NCBI GenBank assembly: GCA_031422615.1
Contig: JANPMB010000033.1
Span: 5,561-69,560 of the forward strand
DNA length: 64,000 nucleotides
From: Amoebophilaceae bacterium
GTDB lineage: Bacteria; Bacteroidota; Bacteroidia; Cytophagales; Amoebophilaceae
Direction: 5' to 3'
Positions 32,301 to 41,724 of the stretch are shown piece after piece. Position 1 is the first letter of the stretch; each line of letters starts with the position of its first letter. A program made the translations under genes and the position numbers. The notes under the pieces were generated by a model, which was given only the letters and a program-made list of their open reading frames with translations, did no database searches and was not told the DNA's origin.

Positions 32301-33296
32301 TTATACAGGGTGCAACAGTTGCCAGATTTTATCTTTGAGCTTACCAATGCCCTGGCCAGTCATGGCAGAAATGCATACGTAGTCTATGCTTGGTGGCAAG
32401 GCAGCCACCAAAGTCTGCTGCGTGTTCTCATCTAATAAATCCATCTTAGAGCATGCTAGCAGCCGCGGCTTGTCCAACAGTTCAGGATTGTGCATTCGGA
32501 GCTCTTTAATCAAAGTAGCATAGGTTTTCGGTATATCAGGAGTGTCTGCAGCAATGACAAACAGCAACACTGAATTGCGCTCAATGTGCCTTAAAAAACG
32601 GGCCCCCAAGCCTCTCCCTGTTGCTGCACCTTCGATAATGCCTGGAATATCTGCCATGACAAAAGATTGCTCTTCTCTGTAAGCTACAATGCCGAGTTGT
32701 GGCACCAGCGTGGTAAAAGGATAGGCAGCAATCTTGGGCTTGGCAGCAGAAACCACGGACAGTAGGGTAGACTTGCCAGCGTTGGGCAATCCTACCAAGC
32801 CTACATCTGCGAGTAACTTTAATTCTAAGACCACCCAGCCTTCGGCCCCTGGCTCCCCAGGTTGTGCATAGCGGGGAGTTTGTTGGGTGGCCGACTTGAA
32901 GTGGACATTGCCCAGGCCGCCTCTACCACCTTGCATTAAGATCTCTTGGGTACCCTCTTGGAGTATCTCCAGTAATATGTGGCCTGTTGCCGCGTCTTTG
33001 GCTACAGTGCCCAAAGGAACTTGCAGGACGATATCAGCACCTGTAGCGCCGGAACTCTTCCCTCCTGCCCCTAGTTGGCCATCTGCTGCTGCCACGTGCT
33101 TCCTATAGCGTAGGTGCAGTAGGGTAGATAGCTGGGCGTTGCCTTGTAAGGCGATGTGCCCACCTCGGCCGCCATCACCGCCATCAGGGCCCCCTTTGGG
33201 TACTGATTTCTCCCTTCTGAAATGAACGGCGCCTGCACCACCCTTGCCAGCTTGGGCATGTAGTTTTACATGATCAATGAAATTCGAAGTAGGCAC
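32301..33296 (-). CDS. obg: GTPase Obg/CgtA
   Basis: It carries the Gly-rich GGPDGGDGGRGG and GLPNAGKSTL. Confidence 0.95.
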   Translation of the reverse strand: MPTSNFIDHVKLHAQAGKGGAGAVHFRREKSVPKGGPDGGDGGRGGHIALQGNAQLSTLLHLRYRKHVAAADGQLGAGGKSSGATGADIVLQVPLGTVAKDAATGHILLEILQEGTQEILMQGGRGGLGNVHFKSATQQTPRYAQPGEPGAEGWVVLELKLLADVGLVGLPNAGKSTLLSVVSAAKPKIAAYPFTTLVPQLGIVAYREEQSFVMADIPGIIEGAATGRGLGARFLRHIERNSVLLFVIAADTPDIPKTYATLIKELRMHNPELLDKPRLLACSKMDLLDENTQQTLVAALPPSIDYVCISAMTGQGIGKLKDKIWQLLHPV

Positions 33297-33302
33297 AAGT
33301 TT

Positions 33303-33896
33303 TTATTTTAGAGCTGGCATGGCCGACAACTGCCCCATCACAACTACGATGCGTTCGAAAATGGCATCTACCGATCCTACCCCATGGACTTTGCAGAGTT
33401 TGTTTTGTTGGGCATAGTGTTCGGCCACAGGCAAGGTCTCATCGTGGTAAATACGCATTCTTGTGGCAATTTTGCATTCGTCTTGGTCATCGGCACGACC
33501 TGCTATTTTGGCCCTGGCTTTGATTCTTCTGATGAGTTCTTGCTCAGGCACTTCTAGAAAGACAACAGCATCGATCTGCATGTTGTAGGTTGCCAGCTTC
33601 TCTTCTAGCGCCTTGGCCTGGATAGCCGTTCTTGGAAACCCATCAAACAGAAAGCCATCGCCATGCTTGTGTGCTGCCAGCTGTGCTGCTACGATGTCGA
33701 TCACGAGTGCATCAGGTGCCAACTTACCTTTGTTGATATACTTGGCCACTTGTTGGCCTAGTGCTGTTTTTTTGCTGATGTGCTCGCGCAGCAAGTCACC
33801 AGGTGCAATGTGTGAGAGCTGGTATTTTTGGATCAGTTTTTGGCTTTGGGTGCCTTTTCCAGCCCCTGGCGGTCCGAACAATGCCACGTTAGTCAT
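33303..33896 (-). CDS. adk: Adenylate kinase
   Basis: It carries GPPGAGKGTQ. The start is taken at MTNVALFG; the track ORF is 13 codons longer. Confidence 0.95.
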   Translation of the reverse strand: MTNVALFGPPGAGKGTQSQKLIQKYQLSHIAPGDLLREHISKKTALGQQVAKYINKGKLAPDALVIDIVAAQLAAHKHGDGFLFDGFPRTAIQAKALEEKLATYNMQIDAVVFLEVPEQELIRRIKARAKIAGRADDQDECKIATRMRIYHDETLPVAEHYAQQNKLCKVHGVGSVDAIFERIVVVMGQLSAMPALK

Positions 33897-33992
33897 CTGT
33901 TGATTTCTTAATTTGTTACTCGGGCATGGACACAAGCACTCTTACACTGATAAGTCACGCAGGGCGTCCATCAGGCCATGACCCAAAAATCG

Positions 33993-35264
33993 TCATTCAA
34001 TGGCCTTAAAACCTGTGTATGGCTGCAAAATAGGTGGAATGCTGATACTACTAGCTACTTGATTGTTTTCTAGCAGCGCAGCCACAATTCTAGGCAGCGC
34101 AATAGCACTTCCATTTAGGGTATGAAGCAAGCGTGTTGCATGATGCTCGTCTCTGTAGCGGAGCTGCATTCGACGAGACTGGTACGTCTCAAAATTACTA
34201 ATGGAGCTAACTTCAAGCCAACGCTGCTGCCCAGCAGCCCATACCTCTAGGTCATAGGTCAACGCAGCAGCAAAGCCCAAATCTCCGCCACAAAGTTTAA
34301 CCACTCGATAGGGCAATTCCAGCTTTTCGAGTAAGCGCTGTACATAGGCACGCATCTCTTCTAGCGCCTGGTAAGACTCCTCAGGAAGCCTCATCTGCAT
34401 CAGTTCTACTTTATCAAACTGATGTAACCGATTGAGTCCTCTCACATGACTCCCCCAAGAACCTGCTTCTCTCCTAAAGCAGGGAGTATACGCCACATTC
34501 TTGATAGGCAAAGCATTTCGAGACAAGATCTCATCGCGGTACAAGTTAGTCAAAGGAACTTCCGCAGTTGGAATCAGGTAATACTTGGTGTCTTTCAGCT
34601 GGTACATTTGCCCCTCCTTATCGGGCAGCTGCGCAGTGCCGTAAGCAGAAACTTCATTAACCACAATAGGGGGCTGTATTTCTTCATAGCCTGCATGTAG
34701 GGCTTCCTCCAGAAAAAAATTAATGAGGGCCCTTTGAAGCCTGGCACCTTGGCCTTTGTAAACCGGAAATCCTGCGCCTACAATTTTGTTCCCTCGCTCA
34801 AAGTCAATAAGGGAATATTTTTGAGCCAGCTCCCAGTGGGGTAACTGTGTTGCGTCGTTGACAAACACCTCACTACTTTGGTGAACGAGTGTGTTATCTG
34901 CCGCACTTTTCCCTTCAGGAACTTCAGCATTGGGCAGGTTAGGAACCTCGTACAAAGCATGCTGCAATGCTTCTTCATGCGCTCGCAGCTGTTGTGCCAG
35001 CGTTTTGATGGTTAATCTGAGTGTGGTGGCTTGTACTTTGGCAGCAGTGGCTTCTTCTTTCCCCTGCTGCATCAGCTGGCCTATCTGTTTGGCAAGCTGG
35101 TTCAATTGGGCTGCTGTATTGTCTACAGACAATTGGGTGGCTCTTCGTTGCTGATCAATTTCCAATAACCTTTCTACGGCTTCAGTGGCGTTGTTGAAAT
35201 GCTTCTTTTGTAGTCCTTGGATGACAAATTCCTTGTTGGCTCTGATGTGGTGGATATCAAGCAT
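33993..35264 (-). CDS. serS: Serine--tRNA ligase
   Basis: A 423-aa ORF with an N-terminal coiled-coil arm and class II motifs (FRREAGS, GSAIALPR). Confidence 0.95.
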   Translation of the reverse strand: MLDIHHIRANKEFVIQGLQKKHFNNATEAVERLLEIDQQRRATQLSVDNTAAQLNQLAKQIGQLMQQGKEEATAAKVQATTLRLTIKTLAQQLRAHEEALQHALYEVPNLPNAEVPEGKSAADNTLVHQSSEVFVNDATQLPHWELAQKYSLIDFERGNKIVGAGFPVYKGQGARLQRALINFFLEEALHAGYEEIQPPIVVNEVSAYGTAQLPDKEGQMYQLKDTKYYLIPTAEVPLTNLYRDEILSRNALPIKNVAYTPCFRREAGSWGSHVRGLNRLHQFDKVELMQMRLPEESYQALEEMRAYVQRLLEKLELPYRVVKLCGGDLGFAAALTYDLEVWAAGQQRWLEVSSISNFETYQSRRMQLRYRDEHHATRLLHTLNGSAIALPRIVAALLENNQVASSISIPPILQPYTGFKAIE

Positions 35265-35411
35265 AGTATATAAAATCGATGTGCGTTGCCAACTACAGAT
35301 TAGCAGGAAAAGCTTCTGCTAGCTAGTCAGCGGTCACAAAGTAAGCCACTTTTACGCAAATGATTAAGGAACCACCAAAACGATTTTATTGTCTAAAAGC
35401 ATGCGATGGGC

Positions 35412-35440
35412 TTGACAATGGTGTATCATTGCCCTATTAT
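35412..35440 (+). promoter_or_regulatory. Candidate promoter for rho, giving a leader of ~160 nt
   Basis: TTGACA-N17-TATTAT is seen. The downstream box also reads TAttATTG, close to the Bacteroidota -7 consensus TAnnTTTG. Confidence 0.35.
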
Positions 35441-35605
35441 TGTGTTCTCTTGGCGAGAAGGCGAGTTTTCTGCCCTCTTTACGCTGCCACCCTCTGGGCT
35501 TTCTGAAAGTAACGCTCTTGAACATCATCGCTGCGTTTGGATAACTAGCCATTCGGACGGCTTATCGTTTATCATTTCCTCTATTCAATCACACACAAAC
35601 AACCC

Positions 35606-37096
35606 ATGTATAATATTGAAGAACTTAATCTTCGGCTTCTTTCTGAGCTGAGAGAAATTGCAAAGGCCCTAAAAGTGAACAGCTACGACCAACTGCCTAG
35701 GGAAGAGTTGATCTATAAAATACTTGACCAGCAAGCCATTGCACCTGAGGTATCCCTTCCCCAGAAAAAAGTAGAATTGCCAAAAGAAACTAATCAACAG
35801 GGGCATGCACCAGTCTCCACAAACAATCCTCCGAGAGCAAAAATAGAAACCATCATGCCAAGCCATGTTACTGGCACTGGCTTAGCCAAAACGGCTATAT
35901 CTGAGGGCACCAACAATGGGAAACCAAAAGAGCAGAAAAAAGAGGCTCCCCCTAGAAAAGAAGGTGGGCGTGATATGGGCCTGAATAGTGTTATTGATAG
36001 TGAAGGGGTGTTGGAGGTTATGCAAGATGGTTACGGTTTTCTGCGCTCCTCTGATTACAACTACCTGACTAGCCCAGATGACACTTATGTCTCCCCCTCA
36101 CAGATCAAATTATTGGGGTTAAAGACAGGCGACACGGTAAAAGGACAAATAAGGCCGCCTAAAGAAGGGGAAAAATATTTTGCCCTGCTTAAGGTAGCTT
36201 CTGTAAACGAAAGGACCACAGAAGAGATTAGAGATAGAATTGCGTTTGAGCACTTAACTCCTTTATTTCCCGAAGAAAAACTGGAACTTACCAACGGCCC
36301 TTCTCAGTATTCTACAAGAATTTTAAGCCTCTTTGCGCCTATTGGTAAAGGACAACGGGGCATGCTGGTAGCTCCTCCCAAAACTGGGAAAACCGTGCTC
36401 CTCAAAGAGATAGCAAATGCTATTGCCAAAAATCATCCAGAGGTATACCTCATTATATTACTCATTGGGGAGCGGCCTGAAGAAGTCACCGACGTGGCTC
36501 GCAGTGTGAATGCCGAAGTGGTGGCCTCCACCTTCGATGAGCAGCCAGAACGCCACACCAAGGTGGCCAACATAGTCCTCGAAAAAGCGAAACGCATGGT
36601 AGAGTGTGGCCATGATGTAGTCATTCTTCTAGACTCACTGACGCGCCTTGCCCGAGCTTACAATACGGTCATCCCTTCTTCGGGAAAAATTTTATCAGGC
36701 GGGGTAGATGCCAATGCTTTGCACAAACCCAAAAGATTCTTTGGGGCAGCACGCAATGTAGAAAATGGCGGCTCTTTGACCATTCTGGCTACTGCGCTTA
36801 TTGAGACAGGTTCTAAGATGGATGAGGTAATTTTTGAGGAGTTTAAAGGTACTGGCAATATGGAACTACAATTAGACCGCAAATTAGCCAATCGCCGGAT
36901 CTACCCTGCGATTGATATCCCTGCCTCTGGGACACGCCGTGAAGACCTACTGCTTACCAAAGAAGCTCTGTCACGCGTATGGATTTTGCGCAAGTTTATG
37001 GCAGACATGACGCCCAACGAAGCCATGGATTTCTTACTTGAAAGGATGAAGGGAACCCGCAACAATGAAGAGTTCTTGCTTTCTATGAATGACTAG
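35606..37096 (+). CDS. rho: Transcription termination factor Rho with ~85-aa N-terminal insertion
   Basis: It has an N-terminal helical bundle, a low-complexity insert (aa 44-128), the cold-shock-like segment [14 protein letters not shown], and the P-loop APPKTGKT. Confidence 0.95.
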   Translation: MYNIEELNLRLLSELREIAKALKVNSYDQLPREELIYKILDQQAIAPEVSLPQKKVELPKETNQQGHAPVSTNNPPRAKIETIMPSHVTGTGLAKTAISEGTNNGKPKEQKKEAPPRKEGGRDMGLNSVIDSEGVLEVMQDGYGFLRSSDYNYLTSPDDTYVSPSQIKLLGLKTGDTVKGQIRPPKEGEKYFALLKVASVNERTTEEIRDRIAFEHLTPLFPEEKLELTNGPSQYSTRILSLFAPIGKGQRGMLVAPPKTGKTVLLKEIANAIAKNHPEVYLIILLIGERPEEVTDVARSVNAEVVASTFDEQPERHTKVANIVLEKAKRMVECGHDVVILLDSLTRLARAYNTVIPSSGKILSGGVDANALHKPKRFFGAARNVENGGSLTILATALIETGSKMDEVIFEEFKGTGNMELQLDRKLANRRIYPAIDIPASGTRREDLLLTKEALSRVWILRKFMADMTPNEAMDFLLERMKGTRNNEEFLLSMND

Positions 37097-37203
37097 GCTT
37101 TACATGCTTACAGACACACAGTGTTCGTAGGCCGATCATTTTCATAATGCAAGCTTACTGAACGATTGCTAAAGCCGATCTATGGTTCAAAAGGAGATAG
37201 CAA

Positions 37204-38100
37204 ATGCTTTCTAAGCCCTACAATGAGCTAAGCAACGATGTAGCTAGCAAAGCACTTTACGGGCAGGTATATGAAGCTATCTTCCCTGCGATCCTGGAGA
37301 AGCGAGAGTGTTGCGCTATTACCCAAAGACTCCTTGCGCATTATCTCCAGCTAGATCCAGTACGCATGGTACTAGACGAACCTGTCATCCTCTTCCCCGC
37401 CCAAAAAAAAATATTGTCTGCCGCCATAGAGCGCCTAAAAAACCAGGAGCCTATTCAGTACATTTTGGGCGAAGCACCTTTTCTAGGAAGAGATTTTCGG
37501 GTAAGTCCTGCCGTCTTAATTCCTAGGCCTGAAACGGAGGCTTTGGTACAGTATATTATCGACAAAAATCCGCAAGCAGGCACACGCGTGCTGGACATCG
37601 GTACGGGTAGTGGGTGCATCGCCATCACATTGCAACAAGCACTCTCCCAAGCCACCGTCCATGCTTTAGAAGTTGATCCAGAGGCACTGCACATAGCCCA
37701 AATCAATGCGAAAAAACTGGGTGCAACGGTGCACTTTATACAAGCAGACATATTGCATGAGCCATTGCCTGCCCAACACTGGGACATCATTGTCAGCAAT
37801 CCTCCTTATGTATGTATGGCTGAGCAAAAACAGATGCAACGCCGCGTACTAGCTCATGAGCCTGCCAAAGCGCTCTTCGTGCCTGACACACACCCCTTGA
37901 TATTTTACGAAAAGATTGTTGCTCTGGCTCCCCAGCACCTTGTGCCAGCGGGCAAGCTCTACCTAGAAATCAATGAAGCATTTGGTGCCGCAGTAGCCAG
38001 TTTACTCATCAATGCCGGCTTTGAGGAAGTCTGCGTTAGGCAAGACCTACACGGCAAAGATAGGTGGGTAGCATGCACCTTACAGCAAGACAAAAGGTAG
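37204..38100 (+). CDS. prmC: Peptide chain release factor N5-glutamine methyltransferase PrmC
   Basis: It carries the SAM-binding DIGTGSGCIA and the catalytic NPPY (IVSNPPYV). Confidence 0.9.
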   Translation: MLSKPYNELSNDVASKALYGQVYEAIFPAILEKRECCAITQRLLAHYLQLDPVRMVLDEPVILFPAQKKILSAAIERLKNQEPIQYILGEAPFLGRDFRVSPAVLIPRPETEALVQYIIDKNPQAGTRVLDIGTGSGCIAITLQQALSQATVHALEVDPEALHIAQINAKKLGATVHFIQADILHEPLPAQHWDIIVSNPPYVCMAEQKQMQRRVLAHEPAKALFVPDTHPLIFYEKIVALAPQHLVPAGKLYLEINEAFGAAVASLLINAGFEEVCVRQDLHGKDRWVACTLQQDKR

Positions 38101-38120
38101 TGCTAACAAGCGCGTGCCCT

Positions 38121-38524
38121 CCTTCCGGGGCGTTACTTTTTGTCTACCCCACGAAAAAGCGCTGCTGAGGGAACACAACTACCATAACCGCGCTCTCGCG
38201 CTCAGAGCTACCTGACGCGCACACTTGCAGCATTCTCAGACAAAGAAAAATCTTAAAGCCTTGCGCCACTTGCCATGCTAACGCTCCTTTTCTCAAGGCG
38301 GGTCTTTTTACTCGCAAATTTTTCCTTGACTTATAGTGGTGCCGCCTTTGTAAAATTTCTTGAAGAAATCCGAAAGAGCAGGATATTAAGGCCCACCTAC
38401 TGTCTGGGGCTCAAAAGGGCCGAGTTTCAGTGGGGTAGCTCTGAGACAAGCATTGGAGAAATTTTTCAACAGCGGCTGATTTTTTCCTAATTTCTTCATC
38501 CCAGGGAAAAATAAGGCCCCGCCA
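38121..38524. repeat. Dispersed repeat copy A (long form), paired with copy B at 43111..43326
   Basis: Two blocks align by eye at roughly 75% identity. These are 38121-38190 vs 43111-43180 (core ACTTTTTGTCTACCCCAC) and 38467-38524 vs 43267-43326 (CAACAGCrGCTGATTTTTT...). Copy A has about 190 bp more between the blocks. Confidence 0.5.
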
Positions 38525-38609
38525 ACAACGAGAAAGCTTTGATAAAGCGCTGCTAACTATTTTTAACGCAAAATTGTTGCGCAACAAGCTCTTCACGTAA
38601 CTTTGGTCC

Positions 38610-39530
38610 ATGCAACCCAGTTCAAGATATTTCTTTTTCTCCAGAGTGGTTTTGCTGTGCTTGGCGATGCTGCTGGGGGTGCACACCGCTGCATGGGCAA
38701 CTGTGTTGGGCAAGAAGAAACGAAAGGAAAAAACAGCTCAGTACCCTACAAGAAAATACGCCAGTAAGATTCAGAAAAATAACCTCCCACTTCAAATAAT
38801 AACTCCAGCTACTCCTGACGCTAAAGGCCCCAATCCCTATCCCCTGAAAAAGCCTACACTGCTCGAGCCAGCCGCAATAACAGAAGAAAATCCATTGGTG
38901 CATTTGGACACGCTAATTGTTAAGCAACACATCACGCAAGCCCCTTACGTTCCCTTGGTCCAGACCATTGGTGTGGCGGTAGACTACGGAAAGCCGTCTA
39001 TGTATTTGTTCACTAAGTATTTGTTTACTCAAGAAGCACACAGGTACGCAGGCAGCCTATGTATCTTGTTCAGAAAAAACATACAACTGGTCAGGCACAT
39101 TGGGGTATCAAAAACTTGCTCAAGCACGTAGCATGGGCAACAAAAGTAGCTACGAAGTAGCTGGGTATTATGGCAATATTGGCTTAGACTACTTTGTTTT
39201 TTATAAACCACGCAAACAACCTTTATGCAGGACTACGCTATGGCAGGAGTGATTTTAAGGACAGCACAACGCCGGCATCTCCCACTGAACAAATCACCAG
39301 CAAAAATTTAACAGCCTCCTGGTGGGAACTAGCCATCGGCTCTGAGCACCAATTTTTCAGTAGTTTTGGTCTTGATGCTGGTCTCGTTGTTCACTTGAAA
39401 AGTATTTGAGCCAGCCACCAACTATGTTATCCCAGGCTATGGGCGAAGTATTCAAAATGTAGCTCCATCGTTTACCCTATACATCAAGTGCCAAATATCA
39501 TTTCTAGAAAAGAAAATCACCTTTGATTAG
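38610..39530 (+). pseudogene. Frameshifted outer-membrane beta-barrel protein gene (DUF6048-like)
   Basis: The pieces lie in three frames. They read signal MQPSS...LLGVHTAAWA...GVAVDYGKPSMYLF...; GYQKLAQARSMGNKSSYEVAGYYGNIGLDYFVFYKPRKQ; NLYAGLRYGRSDFKD...WWELAIGSEHQFFSSFGLDAGLVVHLKSI*; and EPATNYVIPGYGRSIQNVAPSFTLYIKCQISF...*. The order of motifs matches my memory of DUF6048 proteins. Confidence 0.6.
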
Positions 39531-39539
39531 CCATTGGGG

Positions 39540-39928
39540 GCATAAAAGTAGACGAATGTCACCCCATGCCCCTGACTCACTCAAGGCTTTGCTGAAAGCG
39601 TCTTCTCGTTAGAGACCACAGAAGCGCAGCAAGGAGAACGTATTATACACCTGTGCTTTTATGCCGTAGTCCCGCAGGTGATACCAGGTCTGGAGTCATG
39701 TCATCGTAGAGAGCATATCATCGCTGAATACGCTTTTCTTCTTTGTGCTGACCGGCCCGTGGGGTAACGCTTCTCCAGTATATGGGCAACAGCCTCCCGG
39801 TTGCTAAGTCGCGCTGCCTGCTTAAGAAAAGTGACTAGCGCGCTTGGGGGTGGGAAGTTGTAATAAGTACACTTTGACATTATTGAATGAATAGGGACAG
39901 AAGTAATTAGCGCGAGAGCACATGCCAA
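39540..39928 (-). mobile_element. IS5/IS4-superfamily transposase N-terminal remnant (InsH-N/DUF772-like), degraded
   Basis: The minus strand reads ...FLKQAARLSNREAVAHILEKRYPTGRSAQRRKAYSAMICSLR*, then shifts frame to LQTWYHLRDYGIKAQVYNTFSLLRFCGL*. This is the classic LLQxWYxLSDxxxExxVxDxxSxxRFxGL signature. No DDE catalytic part follows. Confidence 0.6.
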
Positions 39929-40008
39929 TCCTAACGTAGTTTATAAATACTTTTGCAATCATCTTAAAATTTCAATTGCGTTAAATCATTCCTGTTTTCA
40001 AGGTAACC

Positions 40009-41517
40009 ATGTCTTTACAATCCTTACTCAGCAAACCCGTGGCTGCTTGGGTGGTGCATCAACAGCGCCGATGGAGCCAAAACCCGGTAGCCACCCAGCA
40101 GCAAGTTTTCAAGCAGCTGATCACGAATGCCCGCAATACATTCTTTGGCCGGGAGCACTGCTTCCATACCATTCGGAGTTATGCAGATTTTAAGGCTCAT
40201 GTTCCCATAAGGGATTATGAGGGCCTGAGCACGTATATCCATAAAATCAAGGCAGGTGCAGGCAATGTACTGTGGCCAGGAAAACCCCTGTACCTAGCTA
40301 AGACTTCCGGCACTACCTCAGGGAGTAAGTACATTCCCATCACCAAAGACTCCATGCCACAGCACCTGCATGCGAGCCGCAATGCCTTGCTTAACTACAT
40401 CCATGAAACAGGCAAAGCAGGATTCTTGTCCAAGAAAATGCTTTTCTTGTCAGGAAGTCCGCAACTAGACAGTGTAGGGGGCATTTCTACCGGTAGACTG
40501 TCAGGGATTGTTAGTCACCATGTACCGGCTTATTTACAACACAACCACCTGCCAAGCTATGTCACGAACTGTGTGGAAGACTGGGAGGCCAAGGTAGATG
40601 CTGTTGTTGAGGAAACACTACACACCAAGATGGGCTTGATGGCTGGCATTCCACCTTGGGTGCAAATGTACTTGGACAAGCTCCAGCAACGTACCGGCAG
40701 GCTTATCAAAGAGCTCTTTCCAGATCTCTCTTTGTTGGTCCATGGAGGCGTGAATTTTGCGCCCTACCGTAACAAGCTCTTTGATACCATTGGCAAGCCT
40801 ATTGATACCATCGAGACGTATCCTGCTTCGGAGGGTTTTATGGCTTTTCAGGATTCGCAACAGACAGAAGGATTGTTACTGCAGCTTAACAGTGGCATAT
40901 TTTTTGAATTCATCCCTGCCAACGAGTACTTTATTGAAAATCCTAGCAGACTAGGTATTGAAGAAGTGGTCATGGGCGTTGACTATGCAGTCATCCTGAG
41001 CACCAACGCAGGTTTATGGGCGTATTCTCTGGGCGACACCGTCAGGTTTGTGTCTGAAAATCCTTACAGAATCGTTGTTACTGGGCGCATTAAACACTTT
41101 ATCTCTGCATTTGGAGAGCATGTCATTGTAGAGGAGGTAGACAAGGCCATGCAGTATGCATTGGCTAAGCACCCCGAAACAGTATTAACTGAGTTTACGG
41201 TGGCTCCACAGATAAGTAAGCGGTCGGGTGTGCCGTCTTACCATGAGTGGTTGATTGAGTTTACCCATCCACCCCAAAATATATCGGCTTTTGCACAGGA
41301 TTTGGATCTGGAGTTACGCCGGTTGAATAGCTATTACGATGACTTAGTGGCAGGGAAAGTGTTACATCCTCTCCATATTACGGAACTTGCGAAAGACGCT
41401 TTTAAACAGCATATGAAAGCAGAAAACAAGCTGGGTGGACAAAATAAGGCAGTGCATCTGGCCAATGACCGTGCTCTAGCTGATGCACTCCTAGCCCACA
41501 GAGTGCCCACCTCATGA
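40009..41517 (+). CDS. GH3 (auxin-responsive promoter) family acyl-adenylate-forming enzyme
   Basis: A 502-aa ORF carrying TSGTTSGSKYIP and the family-typical C-terminal region. I recall this as a common core gene in Bacteroidota. Confidence 0.85.
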   Translation: MSLQSLLSKPVAAWVVHQQRRWSQNPVATQQQVFKQLITNARNTFFGREHCFHTIRSYADFKAHVPIRDYEGLSTYIHKIKAGAGNVLWPGKPLYLAKTSGTTSGSKYIPITKDSMPQHLHASRNALLNYIHETGKAGFLSKKMLFLSGSPQLDSVGGISTGRLSGIVSHHVPAYLQHNHLPSYVTNCVEDWEAKVDAVVEETLHTKMGLMAGIPPWVQMYLDKLQQRTGRLIKELFPDLSLLVHGGVNFAPYRNKLFDTIGKPIDTIETYPASEGFMAFQDSQQTEGLLLQLNSGIFFEFIPANEYFIENPSRLGIEEVVMGVDYAVILSTNAGLWAYSLGDTVRFVSENPYRIVVTGRIKHFISAFGEHVIVEEVDKAMQYALAKHPETVLTEFTVAPQISKRSGVPSYHEWLIEFTHPPQNISAFAQDLDLELRRLNSYYDDLVAGKVLHPLHITELAKDAFKQHMKAENKLGGQNKAVHLANDRALADALLAHRVPTS

Positions 41518-41539
41518 ACTTTGCCGAAGGCGCAGTAGT

Positions 41540-41550
41540 GGGGGGGGGGG
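41540..41550 (+). repeat. G11 homopolymer (intergenic)
   Basis: Counted directly. It lies 22 nt after the GH3 stop and 174 nt before the rseP start. Confidence 0.95.
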
Positions 41551-41724
41551 ATAAGGGAAAGAAGTTAATGGTGATGCCCCAAGTAGCCAACAAAGAAGTG
41601 GCGGACCTGGCCAAAGTAGACAATCGTAGGATTCTGAAACTTAAAATAGCGGTATATTCGCTTGGCGTAGCCGCCATAGAATAAATTGTGACCTTTTCAG
41701 GAACCTTCAAATCACAGCAACACC

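Noticed and set aside
41402-41710. 102-aa minus-strand ORF, plus a second stop-bounded minus frame reading ...NLFYGGYAKRIYRYFKFQNPTIVYFGQVRHFFVGYLGHHH*
   Set aside because: The first overlaps the GH3 3' end and runs through the G11 tract. The second has protein-like composition but no start codon and only ~42 codons. It may be a gene relic, but I cannot support it from sequence alone.
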